Positions 60,929 through 64,000 of a stretch of DNA of 64,000 bases are shown in pieces (position 1 is the stretch's first letter; each line of letters starts with the position of its first letter). The stretch is from Truepera sp. GTDB taxonomy: Bacteria; Deinococcota; Deinococci; Deinococcales; Trueperaceae. Below the pieces are notes generated by a model that worked only from the letters and a program-made list of their open reading frames with translations, made no database searches and was not told where the DNA came from. The translations under genes were made by a program, and so were the position numbers. The stretch covers positions 288,001 to 352,000 of the forward strand of contig CBDCKW010000005.1 of NCBI GenBank assembly GCA_965218435.1. Direction: 5' to 3'.

Positions 60929-62482
60929 TCACTGATACCCGCGAATCTGCTTAAAGACGGCGCTCAAGCTCTCTCCGCGACCGTCGAAGAGCCGCCCGCC
61001 CGTCGCGTCAGCTACCGCGGCCAAAGTGCTTTGGTCGGCCTCACCGAACAAGATGGGAAAGGTTTTAACGTCGTGCACCGTTTTGGGTAGTGAACGGTAG
61101 AAGCGCAGGAAGTCGTTTTCGGTCGCGCCTTCGTTGTTCTCGCCGTCCGTCATCAAGACGACCGAGTAGTAGCGGTTCGGGTCCTCTTGAGAGGCGCGCT
61201 CAGCGAGGGTGTACGCCTCTTCTAACGCAGAGAAGATCGCTGTACCCCCGTCTGCGTAGAGTTCGCCTACGTAGTTTTGAATGTCTTTAATTTGAGCGTT
61301 TCGGGTCGCTTCACCCGAGATCGAAAACTCTTTTACATCGTCCACGCCACTGCTGAAGGTCACAAACGTCAAGCGTTCACGGTCGGAAAACCGGGCGAAC
61401 TGTCCCGACAGGCTTTCGTCTAGACCGGTCAGGTTAGAGAGCGCGGTCTGAAGCTGCTCCAACCGCTCCCCTTCCATCGAACCCGATACGTCCAGCACAA
61501 AAAATGCTGACGAAGGTTTGCGTACCTCATCTAAGTAGGCGAACAAGATACTTTCGACCGCCTTACGCGTACCGGGAAACGGCAACTCGACCAAGATGTT
61601 TTGCGGAAACGCGCCACTGAGTGCAATCCCCGGTACGGCAGGGCGGCGCAACGTCTCGTTCATGATGCGCGTCTGCACCTCGGGCGAACGCAAATACGCG
61701 ATGAGTTTGTCATACGCAGTCCTTTTGTCCTCGTTGAGCAAAATCAGCGGGTAATCGGCGGTGACGATACCTTCTTTCGGATAGAGCAGGTAGAGCGGTT
61801 CACGGAGCCCACCGCTATCGTTGAGTTCCATCAACACCGACTCGTAGTTGATCATCCCGTCCAACTGGTCTTGCTCGCGGACATAGCTCTCGGCCAGCCA
61901 GCCCGAACTCCCCGAGGTCAGCGCCTGACCTTTGAAAAAACCTTGTAGTGCAGTCCGGTTGACGTCGCTGACCTCTACTGCGTCGGGCGATCCCGACAGC
62001 GCGGCGACGACGCCCATCAGCGCCGTAAAGCCTGAGTTCGACGACGCGGGGTTGGTCATCGCGTAGCGCAGGTCGCCCGCGTCGGCCCGCGCCGCAATAT
62101 CACGCCAGGTCAGGTCGGGGTTATCCACCCAACCCCATGCCCGCGCTTTGCTTTCTTTAACGCCTAGCACGACCGGCGAGAGCATGATCTTTTCTTGGGC
62201 TTTGATCTGTTCGGGCTCCAACAAGGTCAGATACTTAGCATGTGAAAACCAGGCGAGGTCGACCTTTTCACCCGAGGCGAGGCGGTCAACCCCGTCGAGC
62301 GTACCGGTGTAGTTCATCTCCAGAGTGACGCCGGTCTCGCGTTCGATGTCGGGAAAAAGCGGTTCTAAATCTTTAAGTTCGGACCCCGCCATCACGGTGA
62401 GCGTTTCCTGCGGCCCGTTCCGGCAACCCGCTAACGCCGGGATCAGCAGCGCGATGAGCGCCAAAGTACGGCGGAGCGTCAC
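60929..62482 (-). CDS. Solute-binding / vWA-domain lipoprotein
   Basis: LAGC lipobox, MTNPASSNSG, MIDAS DVSGSM, GGT, LMTDGE. Confidence 0.9.
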   Translation of the reverse strand: MTLRRTLALIALLIPALAGCRNGPQETLTVMAGSELKDLEPLFPDIERETGVTLEMNYTGTLDGVDRLASGEKVDLAWFSHAKYLTLLEPEQIKAQEKIMLSPVVLGVKESKARAWGWVDNPDLTWRDIAARADAGDLRYAMTNPASSNSGFTALMGVVAALSGSPDAVEVSDVNRTALQGFFKGQALTSGSSGWLAESYVREQDQLDGMINYESVLMELNDSGGLREPLYLLYPKEGIVTADYPLILLNEDKRTAYDKLIAYLRSPEVQTRIMNETLRRPAVPGIALSGAFPQNILVELPFPGTRKAVESILFAYLDEVRKPSSAFFVLDVSGSMEGERLEQLQTALSNLTGLDESLSGQFARFSDRERLTFVTFSSGVDDVKEFSISGEATRNAQIKDIQNYVGELYADGGTAIFSALEEAYTLAERASQEDPNRYYSVVLMTDGENNEGATENDFLRFYRSLPKTVHDVKTFPILFGEADQSTLAAVADATGGRLFDGRGESLSAVFKQIRGYQ

Positions 62483-63699
62483 AAGCCCGCTGCACCCGGC
62501 GGCAGGCTCAGGCTATCGGTGACGGGCGCAATCTCCTCACGGCGTACCCGGTCGAGGTAGGTTTCAGCCCGCGCAAGTTCTCCCGACAACGTATCCACCG
62601 TTTTTTGCATCGTCCCGAGCGCCTGCACCTTATAGTCCGAGATCATATCGAGCGCCGCGTAGGTGTTGGCAAAGGCTTTTTCGAGCTGTGCCAAATCGAC
62701 CGACGCGCTCGAGGCGTTTTCGTACACGCCTTGGGACTGGTCTCTGAGCATCGCCGAAGTTGATTCGATGAGGTTCCCCGTGGTGGTGTTAAGCGCGGTA
62801 ATCTGGTCTAAAACGAGCTTTTGGTTGGTGAGCGCCTGCGCGACCATCACCGCAGTTCGGAGCGCCGAGACGGTCGTCGTCGTGGCGCGGTCTACACCTT
62901 TGATCAGCTCTAAATTGTTTTTCCGTACCAGATCGAGGGCCAGATACCCTTGAATGCTCACCGCGAGTTGCGTCAACAGATCAGTGACTTTTTGGCGGGT
63001 GTAGAAAAGCATCTCTTCTTTGACGATGCGCGCCTTTTCCGGGTCGCGCTGCTCTAAGTCACTCACCTGCGCTGAGAGTGCCGCATCAACCTTTTTACCC
63101 AGATGCACATAACTCTGCAGCCGCTGCATGGTGTTCCATAAGTTGACTTTCTCCTGCTCGATGGCGGCGTTGTCGCGCCGGAGTTCGTCCTGGCCCCGGT
63201 AGAGGCTCTCCAAAATCGCATTGATGTGGTTTTGCGCCGAGCGGTACTTCATAAAGTAGTCTTTCGCGCGGTTGCCGAACGGCAAGAGCCCCAGCAGTTT
63301 GCGTGGGCTCAGGTCACCTTGGCGTGACGGGTCAAGGTCTTCGACGGTCGTGCGCAGGTCGGTCAGCGAACGGGCAATCGGCGCTTTATCGCCGAATAGT
63401 CCGTCGTCAAGAGCCGCCACGGGACGCTCGAGCATCCGGTTCGACACGCTTGCAGCAGCGCGGATATCGGCGTTTCCGAGCGCGTGAACGCTGTCTACTT
63501 TGCTCTTAAAGTCCGGGCTCTGCGCGTCCAAAGTCATGACCGATTCGACGAACTCCCGAACTTTTGCGTCGATGTCTTGGATGGTCTTTTCGTCTAATTT
63601 GACCATCGTCGCCGCGTCGTCCGGGGCGACCGGCAGCGCGGGCTCGGGTGGGGTGAGGGGTTCTGGCTGAACGTCCGGGGGGGTCAGGTCTTGGGCCAT
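62479..63699 (-). CDS. Toxic anion resistance protein (TelA family)
   Basis: Helical protein with NNLELIKGVDRATTTTVSAL...AL..QK. Confidence 0.88.
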   Translation of the reverse strand: MAQDLTPPDVQPEPLTPPEPALPVAPDDAATMVKLDEKTIQDIDAKVREFVESVMTLDAQSPDFKSKVDSVHALGNADIRAAASVSNRMLERPVAALDDGLFGDKAPIARSLTDLRTTVEDLDPSRQGDLSPRKLLGLLPFGNRAKDYFMKYRSAQNHINAILESLYRGQDELRRDNAAIEQEKVNLWNTMQRLQSYVHLGKKVDAALSAQVSDLEQRDPEKARIVKEEMLFYTRQKVTDLLTQLAVSIQGYLALDLVRKNNLELIKGVDRATTTTVSALRTAVMVAQALTNQKLVLDQITALNTTTGNLIESTSAMLRDQSQGVYENASSASVDLAQLEKAFANTYAALDMISDYKVQALGTMQKTVDTLSGELARAETYLDRVRREEIAPVTDSLSLPPGAAGL

Positions 63700-63716
63700 G
63701 AGGTGCTCCTTTATAG

Positions 63717-64000
63717 CTAGGGGGCGTTCTGAGCGCGGGCGTACCCTCGTGCAATCTGCCCAATCATCTTTTCTAAAATCTCATACGAGGGCGGGTCAAT
63801 GACGTTGACGAGCGTCTCGGGAACGCTCAGTCCGTGCTCGCTGACAAACTGCTTAAAGGCGGCGCTGTCATTGTTGCGAAAGCCGTAGGCAATCTCGAGC
63901 CGTCCCAACTCAGGGTCGGTGCTTAAGAGCCGCCCGAGCTTCTCCCCAGCTTCGCTCATCGCGAGCAGCACGTGTTTGGTATAGAGCGTCGGTTCGGGAT
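63717..64000 (-). CDS. Substrate-binding-like protein of the TelA/vWA operon (partial; start lies outside the window)
   Basis: KHVLLA.S..GEKLG.LL.TDP.L......GFR...DPPSYEILE. Confidence 0.7.
   Translation of the reverse strand, partial: PEPTLYTKHVLLAMSEAGEKLGRLLSTDPELGRLEIAYGFRNNDSAAFKQFVSEHGLSVPETLVNVIDPPSYEILEKMIGQIARGYARAQNAP

Noticed and set aside
1..64000. CRISPR arrays, tRNA, rRNA, and the many antisense ORFs in the track
   Set aside because: No regularly spaced repeats or RNA-gene signatures were seen. The antisense ORFs are high-GC shadows of real genes.

Overview
This is a GC-rich accessory region, probably plasmid or ICE-like and heavily eroded. The host is likely Deinococcota (Trueperaceae-like), inferred from gene families and the frequent CTCGAG. 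It has five parts. (1) 0-8 kb: a patchwork of gene fragments plus IS200, IS982 and IS5-like elements. (2) 8-21 kb: a co-oriented minus-strand block with a PRTRC ubiquitin-like cassette (F, B, ThiF), a RES-Xre toxin-antitoxin pair, a macrodomain gene and orphan genes behind a hairpin-rich leader. One group II intron splits gene F in frame; a second has an amber-inactivated RT. (3) 26-49 kb: carbohydrate catabolism (GH20, a sugar ABC system with three ATPases, GH30-CBM6-CBM32x2, GH18-like, esterase, regulators). (4) 49-60 kb: nested IS graveyard and a second RES-Xre pair. (5) 60-64 kb: a TelA/vWA/SBP operon. The most novel signal is a family of 38-41 nt insertions without target duplication. They keep a covarying three-way-junction fold and disrupt three unrelated transposases (IS3, IS110, IS6). 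No rRNA, tRNA or CRISPR array was seen. All family calls come from motif recognition by eye, not database searches.
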